Shown piece after piece: positions 19,011-29,124 of a stretch of DNA of 64,000 bases. The stretch's first letter is position 1. Each line of letters begins with the position of its first letter. The notes beneath the pieces are model-generated. The model was not told where the DNA came from. It made no database searches and saw only the letters and a program-made list of their open reading frames with translations. The position numbers and the translations under genes were made by a program. Origin of the DNA: an uncultured Bacteroidaceae bacterium. Lineage in GTDB: Bacteria > Bacteroidota > Bacteroidia > Bacteroidales > GCA-2748055. The DNA lies in assembly GCA_964563105.1 (NCBI GenBank), contig CAZLXM010000004.1, forward strand, positions 11,525-75,524, in the 5' to 3' direction.

Positions 19011-19304
19011 AATATAATTCCGGAAAATGAAAAAAATTAGTCAAAATTAATTTTTTAGAATTTTTAGAAAAAATTCGAAATAAGAAGCTGAAATACAATC
19101 AATTTATGGATAATAAATATTATATTCCATTGATATGGATTTTATGCACAAAAAAGGGAGGAAATTTGTGGCGGGAAACAATGAAGCCTTTGATATTCAA
19201 TAGGATTACCTGTATTATTGAGAGCCAGGGCTTACACTAATACGGATAATCCTGTTTTTATACGCGAAAACCATTCAAAGATGTTGTTTATTTAGCTTAA
19301 AGTC

Positions 19305-20372
19305 TTATTTACTTTCTTTATACTCCTTTAATAAAGACTGGAAGATTTCCTTTACACTTGATATTTTTGTTGCCCTGAATGCATTGGTTCCGGCAAAGGC
19401 AAATCCATTTTCAAAATTTCCTTTACGGGCATTTATAAGTGCGATGATAATACAGTAAGGGCTTTTGGAAATATCACAGGTCCTGATACATTTAAACGGA
19501 CATTTTTGGGGTTGTTTCTTCCCTTCTTTCACCTTTTGAATAAATTTTGAAAAAATTGCTCTTCCCGGAAGGCCGACAGGGCTCTTTATAATTTCAATAT
19601 CCTTTTCCCCGGCATCGATATAGGCCTGCTTAAATCCCGGTGAGGCATCACATTCATAGGTGGTTACAAATCTGGTCGCCATTTGGACCCCTGATGCTCC
19701 AAGCTTCATTATTTTACGGATATCCTCACCCGTATAAATTCCTCCTGCTGCGATCAGGGGTATAGACTTATGTTGTATTTCTTCAAAAGGTTTCAGTTCA
19801 TTTATTATCTCCGGAATGATCTTTTCAAGTGAATAATTATTATCCCCGATTTGTTCCTCTTTAAATCCAAGATGCCCTCCTGCCTTTGGTCCTTCAACAA
19901 TAACAGCATCGGGCATATAATTGTAATTTGCTTTCCACTTTTCACAAATTATTCTTGTGGCCCTTGCCGACGAAACAACAGGTATGAGTTTTGTTTTGCT
20001 CCCCTTTTTCAAAAAGGAGGGTAAATCTAGCGGTAAACCTGCTCCGGCAATAATAATATTTACCTTTTCGGAAATTGAAGTCTTTACCATATCAACATAA
20101 TTTGTCATGGCAACCATGATGTTAACACCTATTACCCCAAGTGTTTTTTCCCGTGCTTTCCGTATCTCCTCTTTTAGCCCATGAATGCTGGCTTCGAGAT
20201 AGTTTTCGGAATAATCTTTATATAGCAGCCCAAGCCCTGCACTTGAAATAACTCCGACACCACCTTCGTTAGCTACTGCAGCCGCAAGACCTGACAGCGA
20301 AATACCTACCCCCATTCCTCCCTGAATTACAGGAACCGGAATGGTTAAATTTCCGATCTTTAATGCTTTCAT
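19305..20372 (-). CDS. nitronate monooxygenase / NPD-family FMN oxidoreductase (FabK-like fold)
   Basis: 355 aa. The motifs are IPVPVIQGGMGVGIS, AGGHLG and LIAAGGIYTGEDIRKIMKLGASGVQMATRF, plus a Cys-rich C-terminal insert (KCPFKCIRTCD). Confidence 0.8.
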   Translation of the reverse strand: MKALKIGNLTIPVPVIQGGMGVGISLSGLAAAVANEGGVGVISSAGLGLLYKDYSENYLEASIHGLKEEIRKAREKTLGVIGVNIMVAMTNYVDMVKTSISEKVNIIIAGAGLPLDLPSFLKKGSKTKLIPVVSSARATRIICEKWKANYNYMPDAVIVEGPKAGGHLGFKEEQIGDNNYSLEKIIPEIINELKPFEEIQHKSIPLIAAGGIYTGEDIRKIMKLGASGVQMATRFVTTYECDASPGFKQAYIDAGEKDIEIIKSPVGLPGRAIFSKFIQKVKEGKKQPQKCPFKCIRTCDISKSPYCIIIALINARKGNFENGFAFAGTNAFRATKISSVKEIFQSLLKEYKESK

Positions 20373-20430
20373 TTTCCCTCCTTGCTTAAATTCAAACCTG
20401 ATATATTGTTAAAATCTTTAATATATAATT

Positions 20431-22170
20431 TTAATTATTAATCGTCCTGAAAGTCCCTTTTGATCTTCTTTTTCCATTTCTAACACCAGGCCATTTTGCT
20501 GGTTTGCTTCCATGAAATTGACTTTTCCCGGGGTTAGTATTCTTTTCCCGGGCAATTTCCACTGAAACTCTTCTGTCCTTAAACATTGCATTATTCAATG
20601 CCCCGATAAGTTCATTTGCAGAATTCGTTTCAATTTCAAAAAAAGAGAAGTTGTTCAATAGGTCTATCCTGCCAACAGTTATTTTCTTTCCCCTTGTACT
20701 TGAATTTATCAGTGCAATTAGTTGTTCCGGATAAAAACCATCGGATTTGCCCAGATTTATAAACAATCTTTTAAAGCTATCCTGGTATTTTAGCCTTAAA
20801 GCCTTTCTTTCCGTTTTGTAAAGACTGTTTTCTTTGTCTGCAAAAGTTACAACATTATCATCTCCTGTACGATAATCATCCAGGAACCTGTCAAACTCAA
20901 GAGAAACCACCCTTCTGAGAAGCTCTTCCCGGTCGAGTTTTTCAAGTTTCAGTTTTATTTCAGGTAAGTATTTCTCAATTTCCTGATGAAAAGTTGAAAC
21001 TTTCTCAAGCTTATCCACCCAGCCATAAAGCTGTTTTTCGCAAATCTCGCTACCTGTCGGGACTGGAAGTGATTCAAATGATTTCTTCAACATCCTTTCA
21101 ATCTTATGCAGGTTATTCTTCTCTTTCGGATGAACAAGCGAAATTGAGATACCTCTCTTGCCAGCTCTACCCGTGCGTCCTGCCCTGTGAGTGTAAACCC
21201 CTGTATCATCCGGCAAACTGAAATTTATCACATGTGTCAGATCTTCCACATCCAATCCGCGTGCTGCAACATCAGTTGCGACTAGCATTTGCAGTTTCTT
21301 TTGTCTGAATTTCTGCATTACAGTGTCACGCTGGGCCTGTGACAGGTCTCCATGCAGTGCATCAGCACTATAATCGTCATTTAAAAGTTTTGATGCAATT
21401 TCCTGAGTTTCCTTTCTTGTTCGGCAAAAAATTATTGCGTAAATATCAGGTTCGAAATCCGCGATTCTTTTCAGCACTTTGTACTTATCCTTTTCGTGGA
21501 CCAGGTAATAATTATGTATTACATTATCCGCTGATGAATTCTTTGTCCCCAGTATGATTTCAGAAGGATTGTCCATATATTTCCTGGCGATCAGGGATAT
21601 TTCCGGTGACATAGTCGCTGAAAACAGAAATGTCCTTCTTTCCATCGGTACCTCCTGAAGGATTTCATTTATACTGTCAATAAATCCCATGTTGAGCATT
21701 TCATCAGCTTCATCCAATATAACAGTGCGAACATTTTCCAGCTTTACAACTCTTCTTCCTATAAGGTCAATAAGCCGCCCGGGAGTGGCAACTATAATAT
21801 GCGTACCTTTCTTCAGCTCTCTTATCTGATTTTCAATACTTGATCCACCATATACCGCAAGTATTTTCAGATTATCCGTATTTTTTGCATAACTGTAAAG
21901 GTCTCCGGTAATCTGAATGCAAAGTTCACGTGTAGGGCAAAGTATAAGTGACTGAGTGATGTTTATTTCACAATTCGTCGACATAACAAGAGGCAATCCA
22001 AAAGCAGCGGTCTTTCCTGTTCCAGTCTGAGCAAGTGCAATAATATCCTTTTTATTGCTGAGGACCAGGGGGATCACTTTTTGCTGAACAGGCATAGGTT
22101 GTTCAAATCCAAGATCCTTAATTGCCCTAAGGATGCCTGGAGTAAATCCCATTTCTTTAAATTCTATCAT
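20431..22170 (-). CDS. DEAD-box ATP-dependent RNA helicase (DeaD/CsdA-like) with C-terminal DbpA-type RNA-binding domain
   Basis: 579 aa. It has a Q motif, AQTGTGKTAAF, DEADEML, SAT, HRAGRTGRAG and a basic C-terminal tail. Confidence 0.9.
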   Translation of the reverse strand: MIEFKEMGFTPGILRAIKDLGFEQPMPVQQKVIPLVLSNKKDIIALAQTGTGKTAAFGLPLVMSTNCEINITQSLILCPTRELCIQITGDLYSYAKNTDNLKILAVYGGSSIENQIRELKKGTHIIVATPGRLIDLIGRRVVKLENVRTVILDEADEMLNMGFIDSINEILQEVPMERRTFLFSATMSPEISLIARKYMDNPSEIILGTKNSSADNVIHNYYLVHEKDKYKVLKRIADFEPDIYAIIFCRTRKETQEIASKLLNDDYSADALHGDLSQAQRDTVMQKFRQKKLQMLVATDVAARGLDVEDLTHVINFSLPDDTGVYTHRAGRTGRAGKRGISISLVHPKEKNNLHKIERMLKKSFESLPVPTGSEICEKQLYGWVDKLEKVSTFHQEIEKYLPEIKLKLEKLDREELLRRVVSLEFDRFLDDYRTGDDNVVTFADKENSLYKTERKALRLKYQDSFKRLFINLGKSDGFYPEQLIALINSSTRGKKITVGRIDLLNNFSFFEIETNSANELIGALNNAMFKDRRVSVEIAREKNTNPGKSQFHGSKPAKWPGVRNGKRRSKGTFRTINN

Positions 22171-22294
22171 TTAATTTGTTTATTGTGTGGCCCCGGGAGC
22201 GATTGGTTTATTATCCCGGCTGAAATGAAGTCAAATGCAGACTGGATTAAATGCCTGGTAACGCTACAAGGAAATCACTTTGTTAAAAAGACTG

Positions 22295-22302
22295 CAAAGA
22301 TA
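22295..22302 (-). promoter_or_regulatory. candidate -7 box (TATCTTTG on the minus strand) for the DEAD-box helicase
   Basis: The plus strand reads caaagata, which is TAnnTTTG on the minus strand. It would give a leader of about 118 nt. Confidence 0.25.
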
Positions 22303-22395
22303 ATCAAATCATATTCACTTTTAATTTAAAAATTCTGTTAAAATATAAAACTTCAAGAGTGGTATTACCAGAGATATGGAAAATGTTTGTGGCAG

Positions 22396-22427
22396 AAAAT
22401 AAAAAACCCCTTGAATATCAAGGGGTT
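22396..22427 (-). terminator. intrinsic terminator downstream of tRNA-Asp
   Basis: The minus strand reads AACCCCTTGA-tat-TCAAGGGGTT followed by TTTTATTTT. This is a 10-bp GC-containing stem followed by a U-tract. Confidence 0.65.
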
Positions 22428-22442
22428 TCAAGGATCCCGGGG

Positions 22443-22516
22443 CGGTCTGGACGGGACTCGAACCCGCGGCCCCCGGCGTGACAGGCCGGTATTCTAACCA
22501 ACTGAACTACCAGACC
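22443..22516 (-). tRNA. tRNA-Asp (anticodon GTC), CCA not encoded
   Basis: The reverse complement is GGTCTGGTAGTTCAGTTGGTTAGAATACCGGCCTGTCACGCCGGGGGCCGCGGGTTCGAGTCCCGTCCAGACCG. It folds by hand into a 74-nt cloverleaf with a 7-bp acceptor stem, an anticodon loop CTGTCAC and a T-loop TTCGAGT. Confidence 0.9.
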
Positions 22517-22616
22517 ATTTTAATTGCCCAGCAAAATTAATCTTTTTTTTCATAACTTAAAACTTCAGGTGGTTTTTTTATTTATTATTGTATACTAAAA
22601 AATAAGCATTAACTAT

Positions 22617-23738
22617 ATGCCGGTAGAAATTTACAAAGTGGGCAGTAAAAAAGATTTACGCCATTTCATTTATCTTCCTGAAAAAATCCATATTGATCAT
22701 AAAAATTGGGTTCATCCATTATATATGGATGAATGGAAATTTTTTAACGGGAAAAAGAACAAGTCTTTTTCCCTTTGCGAAACAATAATGGCATTAGCAT
22801 GGAAAAACGGGAAAGTAGTTGGCCGAATTATGGGTATTATAAATCCGGAATATAATAATATCCATAATGAAAAAAATGCACGTTTTTGTTTTCTTGATTA
22901 TTATGAAGATTATGAAACAGGCTGTTCATTAATGATGTTTATTGAAAACTGGGCCAGGGAAAAGGGAATGAAAAAGCTGATTGGCCCTCTGGCATTCTCT
23001 GATAAGGATCCGCAGGGGGTATTGATAGAAGGTTTTGAAGAACGTGTTCTCATTACCATGAATTTTAATTTCCCATGGATAAAGGACCATCTTGAGAAAA
23101 TGGGTTTTAATAAGGAAGTTGACCTTGTTTCATATAAAGCAAAGATTCCTGAAAAAATACCGGAATACATAGAGAAAGTATACAATCGTACCATACAGGG
23201 AAATAATTATAATTTACTCGAATTTAATTCACGTAAATCGTTAAAACCCTGGATAGTGCCAATTTTTCAACTTATCAATGAAACATATATAGATATATAT
23301 GGCTTTATTCCAATGACAAAAAAAGAAATGCATGAAATGGCCCGGCGTTATCTTCCCGTATTGAATCCACATTTTATTAAAGTAATTACAAATCAGGGCA
23401 ATGATATTGTTGCTTTTGTTATTGCCATGCCTGAACTTAGTGAAGGTATACGCAAGGCTAAAGGCAGGGTCCTCCCTTTTGGATGGTATTATATTCTTTC
23501 AGAAAGTAAGAAAACACGTCTTCTGACAATGCTTTTGGGGGCAATTAAAGAATCCTGCCGCGGAAAAGGCCTCGACACTATCCTTGGAATGAAAATTTTA
23601 GAATCTGCACACAAAAAACAAATGGACTACCTTGACAGCCATCTGATATTGGAATACAACAGCCGGATGCGTGCAGAATATGAAAGGATAGAAGGACAAT
23701 TAAACAGAAAATTCAGAATTTATAGGAAAGCAATCTAG
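22617..23738 (+). CDS. uncharacterised ~370-aa GNAT-fold-like acyltransferase family protein
   Basis: The C-terminal half has an acetyl-CoA-type motif (ESCRGKGLDTILGMKILE). It is clearly paralogous to the partial ORF at 63047..64000. Compare FIENWAREKGMKKLIGPLAFSDKDPQGVLIEGFE with AATAWLRNKGSKVVDGPVSFGENDSNWGLLVDGF. Confidence 0.5.
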   Translation: MPVEIYKVGSKKDLRHFIYLPEKIHIDHKNWVHPLYMDEWKFFNGKKNKSFSLCETIMALAWKNGKVVGRIMGIINPEYNNIHNEKNARFCFLDYYEDYETGCSLMMFIENWAREKGMKKLIGPLAFSDKDPQGVLIEGFEERVLITMNFNFPWIKDHLEKMGFNKEVDLVSYKAKIPEKIPEYIEKVYNRTIQGNNYNLLEFNSRKSLKPWIVPIFQLINETYIDIYGFIPMTKKEMHEMARRYLPVLNPHFIKVITNQGNDIVAFVIAMPELSEGIRKAKGRVLPFGWYYILSESKKTRLLTMLLGAIKESCRGKGLDTILGMKILESAHKKQMDYLDSHLILEYNSRMRAEYERIEGQLNRKFRIYRKAI

Positions 23739-24030
23739 TTAATAACAACACATATATTTTTTCCATAAATACAGATAGATTTTCTCTTTTACCCGAAAGA
23801 AAATTTTGTTAATAATCCTAAAATTTAATGCTTAATAAAATTTTTTTTAAGCAAAATATTTTTCAGTTAAGTATCTGGATTACAGCTTATAACATGTGGG
23901 CGGAAAACTTTTGGCAATAAAGTCTCTTACTGTTGCTTTAAATATTTTGGCATTTAATTTGATTATAATTAACAGGATGAATTAAATTGATCCAAAAACG
24001 AAGCAATATTTGAAAAAGGAGATAAACAAA

Positions 24031-27000
24031 ATGAGAAGCTTAATTATAAATCTTAAAAAATATATTTTATCAGAACGGACATTGGTCTTCTTTCTCCTCT
24101 TTTTTATTCCTTTGCTGGTTAAGTCACAATATTTTGGGAGAAATAAGCCCGCTTACAGTGTTTTCGACTATAAAGTATATCAGACACCGAATTTTGATAT
24201 ATATCATTATCTAACTAATGATTCGGTCTTAAATAATCTGGCAAATCGTGCTGAAGAATGGTATAAACATCATCAGGAAATATTCCGTGACACTATTCAT
24301 GAAAGAAATCCTATAATTTTTTATCAGAATCACGCAGATTTTCAGCAAACAAATGCTGTTTCAGGTATGATGGAAGAAAGTACCGGGGGAGTTACAGAAG
24401 CTTTAAAACAAAGAGTTGTTCTGCCAATAACCCCTTCTCTCGGCAAAACTGATCATGTACTTGGACATGAATTAGTACATGCCTTTCAGTTCAACGCATT
24501 AATAAATGATGACTCTTTAAAGTTATCAAATTTAAATAATCTTCCCTTATGGATGATGGAAGGCATGGCTGAGTACCTTTCAATTGGAAGTGTGGACCCA
24601 CATACAGCTATGTGGATGAGGGATGCTGTATTAAAAAATGATATCCCCACTTTGAAGGATATGACCCGCAGTAACAAATATTTTCCATATCGTTATGGTC
24701 AGGCTTTACTGGCAATGATAGGAAAAACCTGGGGCGATTCGGTTATTGTTCCGTTATTCAGGGAAACAGCAATAAAAGGATATGATAAGGCAGTTAAGTC
24801 CGTATTGGATATTGATGAAAAGAAACTTTCAGAATTATGGAGAACTGCTTTGATTGCAAATTACAGTCCATATTTAACCGACACAATTGATAATCAAAAA
24901 GGGAAACGTATTCTTTTTGAAAAAAATGCGGGCGACATAAATATTTCACCTTCTGTTAGTCCTGATGGTAAATATGTAGTATTTCTTTCTGAAAAAGATG
25001 TTTTCAGTTTAGATTTATTTCTTGCAGATGCCCGTAATGGTAAAATTTTAAGAAAGTTATCCAGCCGGATAAACCAAAATGAAGTGGATGCATTGAGTTT
25101 TATGGAATCATCCGGGACCTGGTCGCCCGACAGCAGATATTTTGCTTTTATAGTATTTTCTGAAGGAAAAAACAAACTGGTTATCATGGATGTTCCCGGA
25201 AAGAAAGTCACCGAAGAAATCTCTTTACCAGGCCTTCCGGCAATAAGCAATCCTGCCTGGTCACCTGACGGGAAATATATTGCTGTAACAGGAATGAAAA
25301 ATGGAGTATCCGACCTTTTCCTTTATGAAGTTTATTCGAAAAAATTAATTCAAATAACTGATGATCCTTACTCACAATTACAGCCTGCCTGGTCACCGGA
25401 TGGAAAATATATTGCTTTTGTAACAGACAAACCATTACCGGGGCAGGAGATTAAATTTAAAATGAGCCATCTTAATATTGCTTTAATACAACCTGAAGTT
25501 TCTGATTTTGAAGTCCTTCTTCCTTTATTCCCGGGAGCAGCAAATATGAACCCGGTTTATTCGGCTGATGGAAATAGTATTTATTTTCTGTCAGACAGAG
25601 ACGGTTTCAGGAATTTATACAGATATAAAATTGAAGATAAAACAATTTGGCAGCAAACTAAATATATGCGGGGAATAAGCGGAATTACCTCCTACTCTCC
25701 GGCAATATCTCTTGCACGTGAAACCGGAGAAATAGTATATTCATATTATAAAAACGGCAAATACCAGATATTCAATGCAAATCCTGAAGATTTCAACGAA
25801 TTTCAGGTTAATCCCCAGGATGTGGATTTTTCAGCAGCAACCCTGCCACCACTGAATCATATAGATATTAATATTATTGATAATTCATTACTTTCCGAAT
25901 TAAAAAAACCGGATATCCAGGTTGATTCCTTTAAAGATATTCCTTATCGGCCTAAATTCAAACTTGATTATATTAGCAATGTATCTACCGGGATTTCAAC
26001 CAGCAGACTGGGAACAGGTATGGCCGGGAGCGTAAGTGCTATTTTCGGGGATATGGTTGGTGACAACCAAATATTTGCAGCGCTCGCCCTTAATGGTGAA
26101 ATATATGACTTTGGCGGTCAGGTTGCTTATCTGAATCAAAAAAAGAAAATACGATGGGGAGCAGCACTATCTCATGTGCCAAACTATTACGGATTTGCAA
26201 GCTTATCTCCCGATACCCTTACAATAAATGGTGAACCCTACCCTGTCACAAAAATGAGCTTGGATTATATGAGAATGTTTGAAGACAAAGTTGAATTATT
26301 TGCTTTCTATCCCCTTTCACAGACACGGCGTTTTGAATTATCCGGGGCACTTGGAAGATACAGTTTCAGATATGATCAATATAATACATATTACGATATT
26401 TATGGAAGACCAATAGGAGCTGACAGAGATAAACTGGAAGCACCGGATGGATTTAACCTTCATAATATAGAAGGCGCTTATGTTTTGGATAACAGCAGAT
26501 TCGGAATTACCGGGCCGATTGACGGAACCAGGTACAGAATCGAGCTAGGAAAATATTTTGGAGAATACGGGCATTTTTCCACTCTTATTGATTATAGAAA
26601 ATATATATATCTGAGGCCTTATACTCTGGCATTCAGAACATATAATTATGGGAGGTGGGGAGAAGATTCAGGAAACAGTCGATTGTCTCCAATGTATATA
26701 GGATATCCTTGGCTTATAAGAGGATATGAAAGAAATGATGCAAGGTTTAATTCTCCACAAAGTAATGGATTAGGAATTAACAACTTTTTTGGAAGTAAAA
26801 TAGCTGTATCCAATATTGAATTCCGGATTCCATTAACAGGCCCTGACAGAGTATCTCTTATTAAATCCAAAATGCTTTTCATGGACCTTAATTTCTTCAT
26901 GGATGGAGGAATTGCCTGGAATGAAGGGGACAAACTTGGTAATAACTGGCTAAATCCTTCAAATAATGAGAAAGTCCCTGTTTTCAGTTATGGCGCATCA

Positions 27001-27117
27001 ATACGACTGAACTTATTTGGATATGCTGTTATTGAGCCATTTTATGCTGTACCCGTACAAAAAGGTTATGGAATAACAAAAGGATCATTTGGAGTAAGTT
27101 TCTTCCCCGGCTGGTAA
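24031..27117 (+). CDS. multidomain outer-membrane protein: HExxH (MA-clan-like) peptidase domain, PD40/TolB-like beta-propeller repeats and a C-terminal Omp85/surface-antigen-like barrel
   Basis: ATG at 24031 gives a signal peptide (FFLLFFIPLLVKSQ). The peptidase motifs are GHELVHAFQF and MMEGMAEYLS. At least four PD40 repeats are present (SPSVSPDGKYVVF, NPAWSPDGKYIAV, QPAWSPDGKYIAF, NPVYSADGNSIYF). The C-terminal ~400 aa are strand-rich and end ...GSFGVSFFPGW. Confidence 0.7.
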   Translation: MRSLIINLKKYILSERTLVFFLLFFIPLLVKSQYFGRNKPAYSVFDYKVYQTPNFDIYHYLTNDSVLNNLANRAEEWYKHHQEIFRDTIHERNPIIFYQNHADFQQTNAVSGMMEESTGGVTEALKQRVVLPITPSLGKTDHVLGHELVHAFQFNALINDDSLKLSNLNNLPLWMMEGMAEYLSIGSVDPHTAMWMRDAVLKNDIPTLKDMTRSNKYFPYRYGQALLAMIGKTWGDSVIVPLFRETAIKGYDKAVKSVLDIDEKKLSELWRTALIANYSPYLTDTIDNQKGKRILFEKNAGDINISPSVSPDGKYVVFLSEKDVFSLDLFLADARNGKILRKLSSRINQNEVDALSFMESSGTWSPDSRYFAFIVFSEGKNKLVIMDVPGKKVTEEISLPGLPAISNPAWSPDGKYIAVTGMKNGVSDLFLYEVYSKKLIQITDDPYSQLQPAWSPDGKYIAFVTDKPLPGQEIKFKMSHLNIALIQPEVSDFEVLLPLFPGAANMNPVYSADGNSIYFLSDRDGFRNLYRYKIEDKTIWQQTKYMRGISGITSYSPAISLARETGEIVYSYYKNGKYQIFNANPEDFNEFQVNPQDVDFSAATLPPLNHIDINIIDNSLLSELKKPDIQVDSFKDIPYRPKFKLDYISNVSTGISTSRLGTGMAGSVSAIFGDMVGDNQIFAALALNGEIYDFGGQVAYLNQKKKIRWGAALSHVPNYYGFASLSPDTLTINGEPYPVTKMSLDYMRMFEDKVELFAFYPLSQTRRFELSGALGRYSFRYDQYNTYYDIYGRPIGADRDKLEAPDGFNLHNIEGAYVLDNSRFGITGPIDGTRYRIELGKYFGEYGHFSTLIDYRKYIYLRPYTLAFRTYNYGRWGEDSGNSRLSPMYIGYPWLIRGYERNDARFNSPQSNGLGINNFFGSKIAVSNIEFRIPLTGPDRVSLIKSKMLFMDLNFFMDGGIAWNEGDKLGNNWLNPSNNEKVPVFSYGASIRLNLFGYAVIEPFYAVPVQKGYGITKGSFGVSFFPGW

Positions 27118-27265
27118 GTTGAAGTTTGCTTTTTATAATAAAGATAGAAAAGTAAAGCTTTATACAGCTTATTATTAGAAACTATTCTTTGATGACAAAT
27201 AATGGGTTCACAATTCATTAATAATCCTGGTTTTATAAGCAAGTAATGAATATTACCGGAAAAAA

Positions 27266-28942
27266 TCAGGGAATATTATACTCCTCAATAAGTGAACCTA
27301 ATATTTTATATTTCTTAAACAGTGTCTTATATATTTCAACTCTTTCAGGGTTCGGTTTATATTCTGTTTCAAATCCACTTCCCATTTTCTGTTGTGCTTT
27401 TTCAATATCAGGATAAATTCCCCCGACGACAGAAGCGGCCATTGCAGCCCCTAAAGCACAGGCTTGTTCTGACCTTACTATCATAATAGGCATATCCAGG
27501 ACATCACTTACAATTTGCACAACGAAAGGAGATTTTTTAGCAACTCCGCCCAATGCCATTATCCCGTCAACCCGGACACCTTCTTCTTTAAAACGTTCAG
27601 CAATCATTTTGCCTCCAAACGCTGAAGCTTCAACAAGTGATCTGAAAATTACAGGAGCTGTGGATCCAAGTGTAAGGCCGGTAATTGCTCCTTTAAGATT
27701 TGGATCAGCATCTGGGTTACGGCGTCCGTTCATCCAATCCATTGCCAGCGGGGCACTTAATGACGGGGGTATCCTTTCAGCCTCATCAGTAAGAACTGGT
27801 AAAATAGAACCATATAATTCCTTTAGTATCCGGTCTTTTAATTGTTGATCCAAATAAGCAGCATTTGTGATTATCTTCCTGGAAGGCCGGAACAATACAT
27901 CCCTAAACCAGGCATAAATATCCCCAAAAGCTGATTGACCAGCCTCAAGCCCAAGCATCCCGGGAATTATGGAACCATCAACTTGCCCGCAAATGCCCTT
28001 AATCAGTTTTTCCTCTCCCTCAACCATCTTTATAACCATCATATCACATGTTGATGTACCCATCACTTTGCTAATATAATAGGGCTTTATCCCGCCGCCA
28101 ATTGCGCCCATGTGAGCATCCAAAGAACCTGCACCAATAGCTACAGAACCTGGTAAACCAAATTTTTTTTGCCATTCATCAGATAAAAATCCAACTCCAA
28201 AATCACAGGTATATGTTTCAGAATAAAGCCTTTCCCTTATTCCGGAAAGTAAAGGGTCTAAAGATTCCAGAAACTCTCCCGAGGGCAATCCTCCCCAGGA
28301 TTTATGCCACATAGCTTTGTGACCGGCAGTGCATCTGCTTCGCTTCAAAGAAAGAGGATTGGTATTACCTGTTAAAACAGCACTTATCCAGTCGCAATGC
28401 TCCACCCATGAATAGGCCGCATCCCTCACTTTTTTATTCTTTCTCAGTACATTAAGCATTTTTGCCCAAAACCATTCCGCTGAATAAACACCCCCCTCAT
28501 ACTTTGTATAATCTATCCCACCCCAGGAGCGGGCCGAAGTATTGATTTCATCAGCCTCTTTTATGGCTGTATGATCTTTCCATAATATAAACATGGCATC
28601 AGGGTCATCTTTAAACTCAGGCAGCAATGAAAGCGGAATACCTTCAGCATTTACTGCAACAGGAGTTGATCCGGTAGTATCAACAGAAATAGCAACAATA
28701 TTTTCCTTAACTGGTAAAGACACCTTTTCTAATGACTTTTTCACCACTATTTCCATGCTTTCTAAATAATCCAGAGGGTGTTGGCGAAATTGGTTTATTG
28801 AGGGATTACAAAATCTTCCTTCTGACCAGCGCGGATAATAATAAACAAAAGTGGAAACTTCTTCACCTGTTAAAGCATTTACAATGAGAGAACGAACAGA
28901 ATCCGTTCCAAAATCAATTCCGATCACAAATTTATCAGACAT
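27266..28942 (-). CDS. araB: L-ribulokinase (FGGY kinase family)
   Basis: 558 aa. GIDFGTDSVRSLIV...YYYPRWSEGRFCNPSINQFRQHPLDYLESME is collinear with the E. coli AraB N-terminus as I recall it. Confidence 0.8.
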   Translation of the reverse strand: MSDKFVIGIDFGTDSVRSLIVNALTGEEVSTFVYYYPRWSEGRFCNPSINQFRQHPLDYLESMEIVVKKSLEKVSLPVKENIVAISVDTTGSTPVAVNAEGIPLSLLPEFKDDPDAMFILWKDHTAIKEADEINTSARSWGGIDYTKYEGGVYSAEWFWAKMLNVLRKNKKVRDAAYSWVEHCDWISAVLTGNTNPLSLKRSRCTAGHKAMWHKSWGGLPSGEFLESLDPLLSGIRERLYSETYTCDFGVGFLSDEWQKKFGLPGSVAIGAGSLDAHMGAIGGGIKPYYISKVMGTSTCDMMVIKMVEGEEKLIKGICGQVDGSIIPGMLGLEAGQSAFGDIYAWFRDVLFRPSRKIITNAAYLDQQLKDRILKELYGSILPVLTDEAERIPPSLSAPLAMDWMNGRRNPDADPNLKGAITGLTLGSTAPVIFRSLVEASAFGGKMIAERFKEEGVRVDGIMALGGVAKKSPFVVQIVSDVLDMPIMIVRSEQACALGAAMAASVVGGIYPDIEKAQQKMGSGFETEYKPNPERVEIYKTLFKKYKILGSLIEEYNIP

Positions 28943-29090
28943 AAATAAACAGTTTATTAATTAGTAATTTTTAATTTCCAATAATAGAAATAAATATAAT
29001 TGATTAATTCATGATTAAAAGTTTATTCCAACAATTAAAAATAGTTAATCTTAAAAAGAATTAAATTATTGCTTTAAAAAAATTTGTTTT

Positions 29091-29098
29091 TACTTTTG
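29091..29098 (+). promoter_or_regulatory. candidate -7 box (TACTTTTG)
   Basis: A TAnnTTTG match ends 27 nt upstream of the ATG at 29125. Confidence 0.3.
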
Positions 29099-29124
29099 AT
29101 AATAAATTCAAAAATCAGATAAAA

